A DNA stretch of 50,319 nt from Candidatus Krumholzibacteriia bacterium (GCA_036478295.1 JAZGDW010000297.1:1-50319); one strand, 5' to 3'; counted from the first letter of the stretch, positions 1 to 10,370 are shown. The notes: generated by a model from the sequence alone, not told the origin. Numbers and translations: made by a program.

Positions 1-1058
1 ATGATAATCTGCGTCGTGCGCCGTGGCAGACGTTTTCCCGTACGCAGGTAGAACGGTACCCCCTGCCAGCGCCAGTTGGCGACTTCCAGCTTTACCGCCG
101 CGAAGGTCTCGGTGCGCGAGTTGGCCGCCACCCCGTCGCCGTCCTTGTACCCGGCGACCGCCTCGCCGTCGATGGTGCCCTCTGCGTACTGCCCCATGAC
201 GACCTTCTCGGGATCGATCTCGGTGATCGAGCGCAGCACCTTCGCCTTTTCGTAGCGGATGGCGTCCGCCTCGAACGCCGCTGGCACCTCCATGGCGGTC
301 AGGGCGAGGAGCTGCGCGAGGTGGTTTTGCATCATGTCACGAACCGCGCCTGCCTGCTCGTAGTAACCGGCGCGCCCCTCGGTGCCGATCTCCTCGCCGA
401 CGGTGATCTGGATGTTGTCGATGCGGTCCCTGTTCCACAGCGACTCGAAGATCGAATTCGCAAAACGAAAAACGAGCAGGTTCTGGACGGTTTCTTTGCC
501 GAGGTAATGGTCGATGCGGTAGATCTGGCTCTCGTCGAACCAGCGGTGCACGAGCTCGTTGAGTTCACGCGCCGAATCGAGATCACGCCCGAACGGTTTC
601 TCGATGACGATGCGCGTCCAGCCCTTGCTGGTGTTCAGACCGGCGGCGCCCAGGCGCTCGATGGTGGATGGAAACGCCCCGGGCGGCAGGGCAAGATAAA
701 AGGTACGGTTCCCATCGAGTCCGTGCTGTTTTTCGATTTTCTCGATGCGGGCCCCGAGCGCGGCAAAATCATCGGCGGTCTCGCCACCGATGCAGTGGTA
801 GTGGAGACACCCGTCGCACCAGTGGTCTGATGCCGCATCGCGCTCGATGCCGGCTTTTTCGAGCGCCTCACGTGCCCAGCCGCGGAAGACCTTGTCATCG
901 ATGCCACCGCTGCGCGCCACACCAAGCACCACGCAGCGTTTGTCGAGGAACCCCTGGCTGCTCAGATGGTAGAGCGCGGGAAGCAGCTTGCGGGCCATGA
1001 GATCGCCACGGCCGCCCATGATCACGAATATATGCGAATCGACGGTGTGATCGCCCAC
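1..1058 (-). CDS. zwf: Glucose-6-phosphate 1-dehydrogenase (3' end runs off the window; absent from the ORF track)
   Basis: Manual minus-strand translation from GTG 1058: MGDHTVDSHIFVIMGGRGDLMARKLLPALY...YRIDHYLGKETVQNLLVFRFAN...RDMMQNHL...NWRWQGVPFYLRTGKRL, the G6PD signature motifs. Confidence 0.97.
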   Translation of the reverse strand, partial: MGDHTVDSHIFVIMGGRGDLMARKLLPALYHLSSQGFLDKRCVVLGVARSGGIDDKVFRGWAREALEKAGIERDAASDHWCDGCLHYHCIGGETADDFAALGARIEKIEKQHGLDGNRTFYLALPPGAFPSTIERLGAAGLNTSKGWTRIVIEKPFGRDLDSARELNELVHRWFDESQIYRIDHYLGKETVQNLLVFRFANSIFESLWNRDRIDNIQITVGEEIGTEGRAGYYEQAGAVRDMMQNHLAQLLALTAMEVPAAFEADAIRYEKAKVLRSITEIDPEKVVMGQYAEGTIDGEAVAGYKDGDGVAANSRTETFAAVKLEVANWRWQGVPFYLRTGKRLPRRTTQII

Positions 1059-1060
1059 GC

Positions 1061-1969
1061 TTAATCCTCTCGCTTGATCGCGTGTCCGCCGAACTGTTGG
1101 CGCATGACGGCGAGCATCTTGTCGCTGAAAGAATCCTTATCGCGTGAACGCAGTCGTTGCAAGAGCGAAAGTGTAATGATCGGGGCGGAAACATCCTCGT
1201 CGATGGCGTCGAACACCGTCCATCGCCCCTCCCCGGAATCGGACACCCAGGGTGCGATGCCGTCGAGCGTCGGGTTTTCCTCCAGGGCGCGGGCGATAAG
1301 ATCGAGCAGCCAGGAGCGAACGACGCTGCCGTGCCGCCAGATTTCGGCGACCTGGTGCAGGTCGAGGGCGAAGCCGGTCTTCTTCTGCATGATCGCCATT
1401 CCCTCGGCGAACGATTGCATCATGCCGTACTCGATACCGTTGTGAATCATTTTGACGAAATGGCCCGAGCCGCTCGTACCCACGTGCCCCCAACCCTTGT
1501 CGGCACCCGGCGCGAGCGTTTCAAAAATCGGACGGAGTTTGTCGACAGCCTTCTTGTCGCCGCCGATCATCATGCTGTAACCCTCGGCGAGCCCCCATAT
1601 GCCCCCGCTCGTACCCACGTCGATGTAAGAAACACCTTTTTCGCCCACGAGAGCAGCCCGCCTTATCGTTTCCTTATATAATGAGTTTCCACCGTCGATC
1701 ACCGTGTCCCCCTGCTCCAGATGGGGAAGCAACGCATCGATCGTCTGGTCCACCGGTTTGCCCGACGGCACCATCATCCACACCACACGCGGGGCGGAGA
1801 GCGCTTTGACGAGCGCGGCTGGCGAATCGTACCCCGTGCCGCCCCGTTCCTCCAACGCCTTCACGGCGTCGGCGGAGAAATCGAAACCCGACACCGTGTG
1901 CCCGCCCCGAATGAGGCGTTCCGTCATGTTGCCGCCCATCCGGCCGAGACCGATCATTCCAACTTCCAT
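1061..1969 (-). CDS. gnd: 6-phosphogluconate dehydrogenase, decarboxylating (short YqeC-type)
   Basis: GLGRMG, IDGGNS, DVGTSGG, KMIHNGIEYG, DSGEGRW, MRQQFGGH motifs; start moved to ATG 1969 behind an AGGAGG RBS. Confidence 0.95.
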   Translation of the reverse strand: MEVGMIGLGRMGGNMTERLIRGGHTVSGFDFSADAVKALEERGGTGYDSPAALVKALSAPRVVWMMVPSGKPVDQTIDALLPHLEQGDTVIDGGNSLYKETIRRAALVGEKGVSYIDVGTSGGIWGLAEGYSMMIGGDKKAVDKLRPIFETLAPGADKGWGHVGTSGSGHFVKMIHNGIEYGMMQSFAEGMAIMQKKTGFALDLHQVAEIWRHGSVVRSWLLDLIARALEENPTLDGIAPWVSDSGEGRWTVFDAIDEDVSAPIITLSLLQRLRSRDKDSFSDKMLAVMRQQFGGHAIKRED

Positions 1970-1997
1970 GCGTTCCTCCTCAGCAGTGGCCAATAAC

Positions 1998-4757
1998 CTA
2001 TCCTCGAATCAGTTGCAGCAACTCCGACAAGCCGTCCGCGCCGGCGCGGCCCACACTCACCCGCAGGATGCGGCGGCCGCGTTCGTTAAGCGCCTGCGCG
2101 TCTCCCATCGCCTGCGCTCGCATCAGATCACCGAACGTGTAGTCGGCCTCCGGGACCTCCATACCCTGTGGCACGTCGTCCACAACCTGCAGGAACAACC
2201 CCGTGTTCGGGCCGCCCTTGTGCAGCTGCCCCGTCGAGTGCAAAAAGCGGGGGCCGTACGCCAGGGTGGTCGCCAGGCGGGTGCGGTTGCGCAGCGCGGT
2301 TCGAAATTCACCCAATGCCGAAGTCGTCGCGCCGCCGGGCGGCAGGTAGGCCTGGATGGCAACGTAATCACCAGGGCGGGCCTCACCCAGCCATCGTTCG
2401 AGCGTAGCACCGGCGTCGCCCCCCTTATCCACATAAATCGTCTCGATGCCATCATCCCAACCCGAAGCGCCGCGGCTCTCTAGTTCCGCCATCTTGCGCC
2501 GGGCCAGGTCCTTGGCCAGCTGCACGTCCGGTTGATTGAACGGGTGAATACCGAGAACTGACCCCACGGCGGCCGTGGCCATTTCCCAACGAAAGAATTC
2601 CTGTCCGATGAGCATGGGGTCCTTGATCTGGACTCGTGCGACGGGATGCCCCGCGAATTCCAGCCGGCCGAGCGCGTCCTCGCACTCGGTGGATTCACCC
2701 TGCGTGGAGAGGTAGACGAAGAAACGGTCTTCTCCATAGACGTCATCCCGGCTCAGTGCCTCGCCCACCACCGGCACCACACCCTGGCCCCCCTTGCCTG
2801 TGCTCTCGGCAACCAGCTGCTCGATCCATGCGGGCAGCGCGCGGAGCGACTGTGACGTGACGATGGTCAGCTTGTCGCGGCCGGCGAGCGCCAGCTCACC
2901 GATCGCCGCACCGAGTGCCAGCGCGGGATTCTCTGTCACCGGCACCGCCGCGCCCGTGTTCTCCATCATGGCCCAGGCGCCGTCGAGGATGCGGTGCACG
3001 TCGAGCCCGGTTACCGCGGCAGGAACCAGACCGAAGACGCTCAGCGCCGAATAACGCCCGCCCACCTCCGTCGGCGCATGGAAGACGTGACGAAACCCCC
3101 GCTCGGCGGCCAGTGCTTCCAGTGGTGTGCCGGGGTCGGTCACGGCGACGAAGTGGCGGCCGGGCTCGCCGCTCGACGGAGCGATCTCATTCCAGAAATA
3201 TTTAAAAAAGGAAAGCGTCTCGGTGGTGGTACCGGATTTACTGGAGATGATGAACAGCGTTTTCGAGGGGTCGATCCGCTCGCGCACGGCAGCCACGGCA
3301 CCCGGGTGGGTGCTGTCCAGCACGATCAGCTCCGGGCGGTTTTTTTTGTGTCCGAAGGTCTCGTGGTACACCTCCGGCGCCAGGCTCGAGCCACCCATAC
3401 CGCACAGCACCGCGTGGGTAAAACCGTCCTTGCACACCGCCCTGGCGAAGTCCTGGATGGCATCGATTTGATCGTGCATGTCCCGGGGCAGGCTGAGCCA
3501 ACCCAGGCGGTCGGTCAGCTCCGGCGCCGGCGAAGATGACCACAGGGTGGGGTCTTTCTGCCACAGGCGGGCGGCGTAGTCGTCGTGCTGCCATTGTTCG
3601 AGACGCGCGCCGACGGCTTCCTCGCCGTCACCCAGATTCAGGTACTGGTGTTGGGATCGGCTTGAGAGAATCGAGCTCCTTTTTTTTTTGAGAGCTTCGA
3701 GAAGCTCTTCAAAAGATTTCGTAAAGGAGGCGACCCCGTCCACTTGTAACTTCTCCGTAATGGCGTCCAGGTCGATGCCGAGTTGTGCGAGCTTGTGGAT
3801 CTGCGCCTCCGCTTCTTCGACGTTCTGTGCGAGCGTCGGCTCGACCTTGCCGTGATCCCGAAAAGCGCTCAGCGTCGCGGGTGGCAGTGTGTTCACCGTG
3901 TCCGGGCCGATGAGTTCCTCGACGTAGAGCACATCCCTGTAATCGGGGTTCTTGGTCGATGTGCTCGCCCACAGCGGTCTCTGCACGCGGGCGCCCTTTG
4001 CTTTGAGCGCGGCGAACGCGTCGCCGTAAAAAATTTCTTCGAAGCGCTTGTACGCGAGCTTGGCGTTGGCGACGGCGATCTTGCCGAGAAGCGCTTTGGC
4101 CTCGGGCGAACCGTTCGCTTCGAGCGCCTTGTCCACCACGCCGTCGATACGACTGACAAAGAAGGATGCCACCGACGCGATCGTCTGCGGGTTCTTACAG
4201 CGCTCGATACCGCGGATGTACGCCTGTGCGATGTCTTCGTAATGCTTGAGAGAAAACATCAACGTGCAGTTGATGTTGATACCGTCGGCGATCAACGCTT
4301 CGAAAGCGGGCACGCCGGCTGGCGTCGCCGGCACCTTGATCATCACGTTGGGACGATCGACCGTCTGCCACAAACGTTTTGCTTCGGCGACGGTCTTTTC
4401 GGTGTCGTTCGCCAGCCGCGGGGATACCTCCAGGCTCACGTAACCATCCGCGCCCTGCGACTCCTCGTACAGCGGGCGCAAGACGTCGGTGGCCATCTGA
4501 ATGTCCTCGATGGCCAGCGTTTCATACAGCGTCTTGATGTCGACGTGCGGGTCACGGTCGAGGGTCTTGCGCAGGCTTTCGTCGTAGTCGACACTTCCCG
4601 CGATCGCCTTTTCGAAAATGGTCGGATTGCTGGTCATGCCGCGCAGCCCGTCTTCTTCGATCAGACGGTTCAGCTCACCGCCGGTCATTAGTGTGCGGCG
4701 AATGTAGTCGAGCCAGATCGACTGCGAGTGTTCGGCCAGTTTTCTCAAGGGGTTCAT
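1998..4757 (-). CDS. Bifunctional transaldolase / glucose-6-phosphate isomerase
   Basis: N-terminal half: SIWLD, TSNPTIF, NVMIKVPAT, ASFFVSRID, RPLWASTSTK (transaldolase). C-terminal half: GMGGSSL, SKSGTTTET, VGGRYSALS, HPFNQPDV (PGI). Confidence 0.95.
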   Translation of the reverse strand: MNPLRKLAEHSQSIWLDYIRRTLMTGGELNRLIEEDGLRGMTSNPTIFEKAIAGSVDYDESLRKTLDRDPHVDIKTLYETLAIEDIQMATDVLRPLYEESQGADGYVSLEVSPRLANDTEKTVAEAKRLWQTVDRPNVMIKVPATPAGVPAFEALIADGININCTLMFSLKHYEDIAQAYIRGIERCKNPQTIASVASFFVSRIDGVVDKALEANGSPEAKALLGKIAVANAKLAYKRFEEIFYGDAFAALKAKGARVQRPLWASTSTKNPDYRDVLYVEELIGPDTVNTLPPATLSAFRDHGKVEPTLAQNVEEAEAQIHKLAQLGIDLDAITEKLQVDGVASFTKSFEELLEALKKKRSSILSSRSQHQYLNLGDGEEAVGARLEQWQHDDYAARLWQKDPTLWSSSPAPELTDRLGWLSLPRDMHDQIDAIQDFARAVCKDGFTHAVLCGMGGSSLAPEVYHETFGHKKNRPELIVLDSTHPGAVAAVRERIDPSKTLFIISSKSGTTTETLSFFKYFWNEIAPSSGEPGRHFVAVTDPGTPLEALAAERGFRHVFHAPTEVGGRYSALSVFGLVPAAVTGLDVHRILDGAWAMMENTGAAVPVTENPALALGAAIGELALAGRDKLTIVTSQSLRALPAWIEQLVAESTGKGGQGVVPVVGEALSRDDVYGEDRFFVYLSTQGESTECEDALGRLEFAGHPVARVQIKDPMLIGQEFFRWEMATAAVGSVLGIHPFNQPDVQLAKDLARRKMAELESRGASGWDDGIETIYVDKGGDAGATLERWLGEARPGDYVAIQAYLPPGGATTSALGEFRTALRNRTRLATTLAYGPRFLHSTGQLHKGGPNTGLFLQVVDDVPQGMEVPEADYTFGDLMRAQAMGDAQALNERGRRILRVSVGRAGADGLSELLQLIRG

Positions 4758-4801
4758 CGACGTTTCCTTTCCTTCACTGAAATTGCTTCACCACCGCACG
4801 A

Positions 4802-6805
4802 TCAGCGTTGCCGTCCCAATAGTGTAACGGTTTCCTCCACGACATGGTCCACGCTGAACCCGAGTTTTTCCATCACCACACCCCCCGGTGCGGACGCACC
4901 GAAGCGGTCGATGCCGATTATAGCACCATTGTCGCCCACATACTCACGCCACCCGAACGGACTGCCGGCCTCCACGGCGACCTTCGGCACCCCGGCCGTC
5001 AGGACGCCCTCCCGGTAGCCGGCGGGCTGCTCGTCGAAAAGCTCCCACGAAGGCATCGACACCGCCCGCGCCTTTATCCCACGCGCCTCCAGCACATCAC
5101 GGGCCGCCATAACGAGCGCCACCTCCGAGCCGCTGGCGATGAGGATCACTTCGGGTTCTCCGCCCGCCGCATCGGCGAGCGTGTAGGCACCACGCGGGAC
5201 CCCTTGCGCGACGGGGTAACGCTCACTGTCGAGAACGGGCAGGCCCTGGCGGCTGAGTGCCAGCACGACCGGCCCCCGCTGCTCGATGGCCACTCGCCAG
5301 GCGACCGCCGTCTCGTTGGCGTCGGCCGGACGCAGCACCGTCAGGCCCGGAATGGCACGCAGGCTCGCCAGGTGCTCGACCGGCTGGTGGGTCGGTCCGT
5401 CCTCGCCAAGCCCAACGCTGTCGTGCGTGAAGACGAAGATCGACGGCACGTTCATGAGAGCCGCCAGCCGGATGGCCGGGCGCATATAATCCGAAAAGAT
5501 CAGAAAGGTCGCACCGTACGGCTGTACCCCGCCGTGCAGCGCCATGCCGTTTACCACTCCGGCCATCGCGTGCTCGCGCACGCCGAAGTGAAAGTTGCGC
5601 CCTTCGGGCCGCTCGCCCGAGAACGCGTCGAAATCCTTTAGATAGGTCTTGTTCGAGGGGGCAAGGTCGGCCGACCCACCGATCAACGCGGGCAGTCGCC
5701 GGGCGAGGGCGTTCAACACCTGACCCGACGCCGCGCGTGTCGCAATCTTCTTCTCGCCGGGTGCGAACACCGGAATGTCAGCGTCCCAGTCCTCGGGCAG
5801 CTTGCCACGGATAATCCGCTCGAGCTTCGCCGCGTTCTTCGAGCGGCTCGTGCGGTATTTCGCAAACCGCGCCTCCCAGGCGTCTTCCAGCTCACGGCCG
5901 CGCGTTACCGCCCCCTGGAAATGCTCGCTCGCCTCTTGCGGCATATGAAACGCCGGTTCCTTCGGCCAGCCGAGGGTGTCCCTGGTCGCTGCCATCGCCT
6001 CGGCACCCAGCGCCTCGCCGTGAACGGAGGCCGTGTCCTGTTTTGGACTGCCGAACCCGATGTGGGTCCGCACGCAAATGATGGACGGGCGTGCCGCCTC
6101 CGCCTTCGCCGCCTCGATGGTGGCCTCGATGGCGGCGAGGTCGTTGCCGTCCTCCACGGCCTGCACGTGCCAGCCGTACGCCTCGAAACGCTTGCCCACG
6201 TCTTCGCTGAACGCGAGATCCGTGCTGCCGTCAATAGTAATGTGGTTATCGTCGTAGAGATACACCAGCTTGCCGAGCTTCATGTGTGCCGCCAGCGACG
6301 CCGCTTCGGACGCGATGCCCTCCATCAGATCGCCGTCGGAAACGATGGCGTAGGTGTAATGATCGATTAGCGGCTCTGTTCCTGCCTCGTTGAAACTTGC
6401 CGCCAGGTAGGCCTCGGCAATCGCCATCCCCACGCCCATGGCGAAGCCCTGGCCGAGGGGCCCGGTGGTCGCCTCCACGCCCGGAGTCAGTCCATACTCG
6501 GGATGCCCCGGTGTCTTGCTTTCCCACTGGCGAAAGTTGCGGAGCTCATCGATGGGCAGCGCATATCCGTACGAATGGAGCAGCGCGTAGAGAAGCGCGG
6601 ACCCGTGTCCCGCGGAGAGGAGAAAGCGGTCACGATTGAACCAGTTTGGATTCTTGGGATTGTGGTGCAGAAAACGATCCCAGATGACATACGCCATCGG
6701 CGCGGCGCCCAGCGGCAGTCCGGGATGTCCCGACTGCGCCTTTTCCACCGCGTCCACCGCCAGGAAACGGAGCGTATTGATGCAAAGCTGATCCTTCGGG
6801 TTCAT
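4802..6805 (-). CDS. tkt: Transketolase
   Basis: [60 protein letters not shown]. Confidence 0.98.
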   Translation of the reverse strand: MNPKDQLCINTLRFLAVDAVEKAQSGHPGLPLGAAPMAYVIWDRFLHHNPKNPNWFNRDRFLLSAGHGSALLYALLHSYGYALPIDELRNFRQWESKTPGHPEYGLTPGVEATTGPLGQGFAMGVGMAIAEAYLAASFNEAGTEPLIDHYTYAIVSDGDLMEGIASEAASLAAHMKLGKLVYLYDDNHITIDGSTDLAFSEDVGKRFEAYGWHVQAVEDGNDLAAIEATIEAAKAEAARPSIICVRTHIGFGSPKQDTASVHGEALGAEAMAATRDTLGWPKEPAFHMPQEASEHFQGAVTRGRELEDAWEARFAKYRTSRSKNAAKLERIIRGKLPEDWDADIPVFAPGEKKIATRAASGQVLNALARRLPALIGGSADLAPSNKTYLKDFDAFSGERPEGRNFHFGVREHAMAGVVNGMALHGGVQPYGATFLIFSDYMRPAIRLAALMNVPSIFVFTHDSVGLGEDGPTHQPVEHLASLRAIPGLTVLRPADANETAVAWRVAIEQRGPVVLALSRQGLPVLDSERYPVAQGVPRGAYTLADAAGGEPEVILIASGSEVALVMAARDVLEARGIKARAVSMPSWELFDEQPAGYREGVLTAGVPKVAVEAGSPFGWREYVGDNGAIIGIDRFGASAPGGVVMEKLGFSVDHVVEETVTLLGRQR

Positions 6806-7031
6806 CGAGTTCTCTCCGGAGAGTTTTGTTACGAGTTATCGATATGGGGATTGAGCAGCGCCGCCCCACAAGGGTGTTTCTGATATGTAGAAGACGAGCC
6901 GGGTGAAAACGCGCTCGCCGGTCGCTACGGAGTATCCGACAATCGGGCCCGTTAATCAAGCCAAAGCGGGGCGACTCACCGACTACCCCGCTCCGTCCAA
7001 TGGTTCGCCGGCGCGAAAAGCCGCGTGGGCG

Positions 7032-7886
7032 CTAGGGTCCTCCGTCTCCCGTCTCGATCGCCACACCGACGACGTTTCCCCATTCGGCGTAGGATCCGTC
7101 GTAGTTGCGGACGTTGGGATAGCCCAGCAGATACTTGAGGACGAACCAGCTGTGGCTGCCGCGTTCCCCGACACGGGAATAGGTAATCACTTCCTTGTCC
7201 GGGGTCACGTCTTTGGATTGGTAGATCTCCTGCAACTTGTCGGCAGTCTTGAACGTGCCGTCGTCGTTGCAGGTAAGGGCCCACGGAATGCATTTGGCCC
7301 CGGGAATGTGTCCGGTTTTTTGAAACCGGTCATGCGGGGACGAATTGCCTGAGAGCCCGCCCGTGTATTCATCGTGTGAACGCGCGTCGACCAGCGCATG
7401 CGAGCGGCTCTTCACCGCAAATTTCACCTGGGAGAGAAACGCCCGCACGTCCTGGTTGAGGGCCATGGACTTGTAGGCCACCGGCTTCGGCGTGACCGGG
7501 TCTTTGACCAGCGGCCGGTTTTCGGCCAGCCATTTCTTGCGGCCGCCGTTCAAGATGCGCACTTCCCGGTGCCCGTAGACCTTGAGCTGCCAGAGCGCCA
7601 GCGTGGCGAACCAGTTGTTGTTGCCACCGTACAGTACGACCGTACTGTTATTGTCGATACCGCTCTTGCCGAGCAGTTTTTCGAAGTCCGCCAGCCCCAG
7701 TATATCCCGACGCCGCCGGTCGACCATCTGCTTGTGCCAGCTCCAGCCCACGGCGCCCGGTATGTGCCCCTTATCGTAGGCCGCAGTGTCCGCATCCACC
7801 TCGACCACCTCGAGGTTGGGCTCGCCGTGGTGCTCCGCCAACCACTCGGTGGACACCAGCACGCGGGGGTCCGCATATTCAATCAT
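7032..7886 (-). CDS. Tandem-domain rhodanese/sulfurtransferase (SseA/CysA-like), with Ser at the catalytic Cys position
   Basis: LVSTEWL, GHIPGA twice, LNGGRKKW, YDGSYAEW; active-site loop reads YSRVGER rather than the usual YCRIGER. Confidence 0.9.
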   Translation of the reverse strand: MIEYADPRVLVSTEWLAEHHGEPNLEVVEVDADTAAYDKGHIPGAVGWSWHKQMVDRRRRDILGLADFEKLLGKSGIDNNSTVVLYGGNNNWFATLALWQLKVYGHREVRILNGGRKKWLAENRPLVKDPVTPKPVAYKSMALNQDVRAFLSQVKFAVKSRSHALVDARSHDEYTGGLSGNSSPHDRFQKTGHIPGAKCIPWALTCNDDGTFKTADKLQEIYQSKDVTPDKEVITYSRVGERGSHSWFVLKYLLGYPNVRNYDGSYAEWGNVVGVAIETGDGGP

Positions 7887-7957
7887 ATGGATTCCCTCCT
7901 CTTATCCGTAGGACATCTGCTGATTACGCCTTGCCCATGGGGCATCGGCTTCAATCA

Positions 7958-8142
7958 CCAATCGCCACGCCAGCGGAACGCGCCGGCGCAGCCAGATTTC
8001 GACGGGTGGGGCGTCGCAAATCGCTAACAGGTATATGTCTCCCACAATCACATTTGCGGGCGATCATTCCCCGTACGGCTGCCACAAAAACGCAGGAAGG
8101 GGAAACCTCGCCACACCGCCATCACGCCGGGGTGGCGATTGG
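7958..8142. repeat. Long-range imperfect inverted repeat in the rhodanese/ggt divergent intergenic region
   Basis: CCAATCGCCACGCCAGCG (7958-7975) pairs with CGCCGGGGTGGCGATTGG (8125-8142), 16/18; internal hairpin GATTT-CGACG/CGTCG-C-AAATC. Confidence 0.55.
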
Positions 8143-8146
8143 CAAC

Positions 8147-8177
8147 TTGAACTGCCTGCACGAGCCCTGCAGTTCAA
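8147..8177. promoter_or_regulatory. Dyad TTGAACTGC-N13-GCAGTTCAA, possible operator or hairpin
   Basis: Perfect 9-bp inverted arms in a divergent promoter region. Confidence 0.35.
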
Positions 8178-8375
8178 ATACCAATGATCTTCGGGACGCG
8201 GGATGTTAGATCGAAGAAGCGTACTAGAAACAGGACGAGTCATTTCTAATACCTTTGCACGCCAAGCATGCTCACACCGAAAGCCGCTTTCACCTTGCAC
8301 CTATAATTTAGATAAATAATGAAAAGTTGACAACCTTTTTGGTAACATCTTTATCGACAAACCCCGGAGGTGTTC

Positions 8376-10073
8376 GTGAAAAGATTACTGTTCTTTGTAA
8401 CGTGTGCTAGTTTCTTCGCTTTCGCCGCGTACTGTCAAGACCGGATTACTGGAAAATCTTTTGCCAGCCGCTCGGAGGTGATTGCTCCGCACGGGATGGC
8501 GGCCACGAGCCAGCCCCTGGCCACGCAGATCGCGCTGGACATTCTAAGGAGCGGCGGCACAGCGGTTGACGCAGCCATCGCAGCCAACGCGGCGCTTGGC
8601 CTCATGGAGCCTACCGGAAACGGCATCGGCGGCGACCTCTTCGCTATCGTGTGGGATGCGAAGACCCGCAAGCTTTACGGCCTGAACGCCAGCGGGCGGT
8701 CACCCGCCTCACTCACCCTGGATTATTTCAAGAGCCACGGGCATGAAAAGATCCCCAGTCACGGCCCGCTGCCGGTCACGGTACCGGGCTGCGTGGACGG
8801 CTGGTTCGAGCTGCACGGGCGGTTCGGCAAACTCAAGATGACGAAAATCCTCGCACCGGCGATCCGCTATGCACGGGAGGGCTTTCCCGTGAGCGAGCTC
8901 ATCGCCTATTACTGGGGTCGCAGCGTGCCCATCCTCGAGAAATATGACGGTTTCAAGGACACGTTCATGCCCGGCGGCCGCGCGCCCCGCAAGGGCGAGA
9001 TCTTCAAGAATCCCGGGCTCGCCGGGACACTCGAGCTGCTCGCAAAGAAGGGCCGTGACGTCTTTTACAAGGGCGAGATCGCCCGTACCATCGATGCGTT
9101 CATGGCCCGAAACGGCGGGTTCCTGTCGTACGAGGACCTGGCCGCACACCATTCGGAATGGGTGGAACCGGTGTCAATTAACTACCGGGGCTACGACGTG
9201 TGGGAGCTCCCGCCGAACGGGCAGGGCATCGCCGCCCTCCAGATGCTGAACATCCTCGAAGGCTACGACCTCGCGTCGATGGGCTTCGGGAGCCCCTCGT
9301 ACATCCACACCTTCGTCGAGGCCAAAAAACTCGCCTTCGAAGACCGCGCCCGCTTCTATGCGGACCCCGCGTTCAATCGCATTCCCGTCGCGGAGCTCAT
9401 CTCCAAGGAGTACAGCGACCGGCGGCGGCGGCTGATCGACCCCGGGCGGGCGGCGAGGCGCTACGACGCCGGCAACCCGTCGCTTCGCGCGGGCGATACC
9501 ATCTACCTGACCGTCGCCGATAAGGACGGCAGCATGGTATCCCTCATCCAGAGCAATTACCGCGGCATGGGAACCGGGCTGTCCCCCGACGGGCTGGGTT
9601 TTATCCTGCAGGACAGGGGCGAGCTGTTCGACCTGGCCGAGGGCCGCTTCAACACCTATGCGCCCAAGAAACGCCCCTTTCACACCATTATTCCGGCGTT
9701 CATCACCAAGGACGACCAGCCGTTTATGAGCTTCGGCGTCATGGGAGGCGCCATGCAGCCGCAGGGACACGCGCAGATCGTGGTCAACATGATCGACTTT
9801 GGAATGAATCTCCAGGAGGCGGGGGACGCGCCGCGCATTCGCCACTCCGGTTCCTCCCAGCCCACCGGCGAAGTGATGAGCGACGGGGGCACCGTGTACC
9901 TCGAAACGGGAATCCCCTACGACACGATCCGTAAGCTCCGGAGCATGGGACACCGTGTGAGTGGCAGCGTCGGCGGGTACGGCGGTTACCAGGCCATCAT
10001 GTACGACGCCGGCGCCGGCGTCTACTACGGTGCCTCAGAATCTCGCAAGGACGGGCAGGCGGCGGGGTACTGA
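8376..10073 (+). CDS. ggt: Gamma-glutamyltransferase, exported
   Basis: Signal peptide; GGTAVDAAIA, GIGGDLF, LPPNGQG, nucleophile Thr in GDTIYLTVAD, KRPFHTIIP, GVMGGAMQPQG; GGAGG RBS at 8366-8370 favours GTG 8376. Confidence 0.95.
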   Translation: MKRLLFFVTCASFFAFAAYCQDRITGKSFASRSEVIAPHGMAATSQPLATQIALDILRSGGTAVDAAIAANAALGLMEPTGNGIGGDLFAIVWDAKTRKLYGLNASGRSPASLTLDYFKSHGHEKIPSHGPLPVTVPGCVDGWFELHGRFGKLKMTKILAPAIRYAREGFPVSELIAYYWGRSVPILEKYDGFKDTFMPGGRAPRKGEIFKNPGLAGTLELLAKKGRDVFYKGEIARTIDAFMARNGGFLSYEDLAAHHSEWVEPVSINYRGYDVWELPPNGQGIAALQMLNILEGYDLASMGFGSPSYIHTFVEAKKLAFEDRARFYADPAFNRIPVAELISKEYSDRRRRLIDPGRAARRYDAGNPSLRAGDTIYLTVADKDGSMVSLIQSNYRGMGTGLSPDGLGFILQDRGELFDLAEGRFNTYAPKKRPFHTIIPAFITKDDQPFMSFGVMGGAMQPQGHAQIVVNMIDFGMNLQEAGDAPRIRHSGSSQPTGEVMSDGGTVYLETGIPYDTIRKLRSMGHRVSGSVGGYGGYQAIMYDAGAGVYYGASESRKDGQAAGY

Positions 10074-10130
10074 CCTGGGCTACGGCGGGTGATAGCGTCG
10101 GCGCGACAGGATGGGCGTTCTCATGCTCGG

Positions 10131-10370
10131 CTAGCCCAGCCCCAGCAGCGCTTCGAGCTTCTTGCGATCGAAGCCGATCACCAGTTCGCCGTCAATGAGC
10201 GTTGCCGGCGTGGAATACACGCCCAACTGTTCAAGCTCTTTCAATGCCGACTCGTCCTCGGAGATGTTCCGATCCGTAAACTCGATCTCTTTCTCAGAAA
10301 GCCACGCTTTCTCCGCGGTGCAAAATTGTCAGCCGGGTTGCGAGTACACAATTACCTTGTGCTCACTCAT
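10131..10370 (-). CDS. Glutaredoxin/NrdH-like protein with in-frame UGA at the first Cys of the redox motif (UQFC); probable selenoprotein, 79 aa
   Basis: Reading through TGA (10329-10331) gives MSEHKVIVYSQPG-U-QFCTAEKAWLSEKEIEFTDRNISEDESALKELEQLGVYSTPATLIDGELVIGFDRKKLEALLGLG*, a complete Grx fold with the cis-Pro TP and IGFD motifs. Confidence 0.88.
10301..10321 (-). promoter_or_regulatory. Candidate bacterial SECIS hairpin
   Basis: Just 3' of the UGA: CAC(C)GC-GGAGAAA-GCGUG stem-loop whose loop starts with G about 15 nt after the UGA. Confidence 0.55.
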
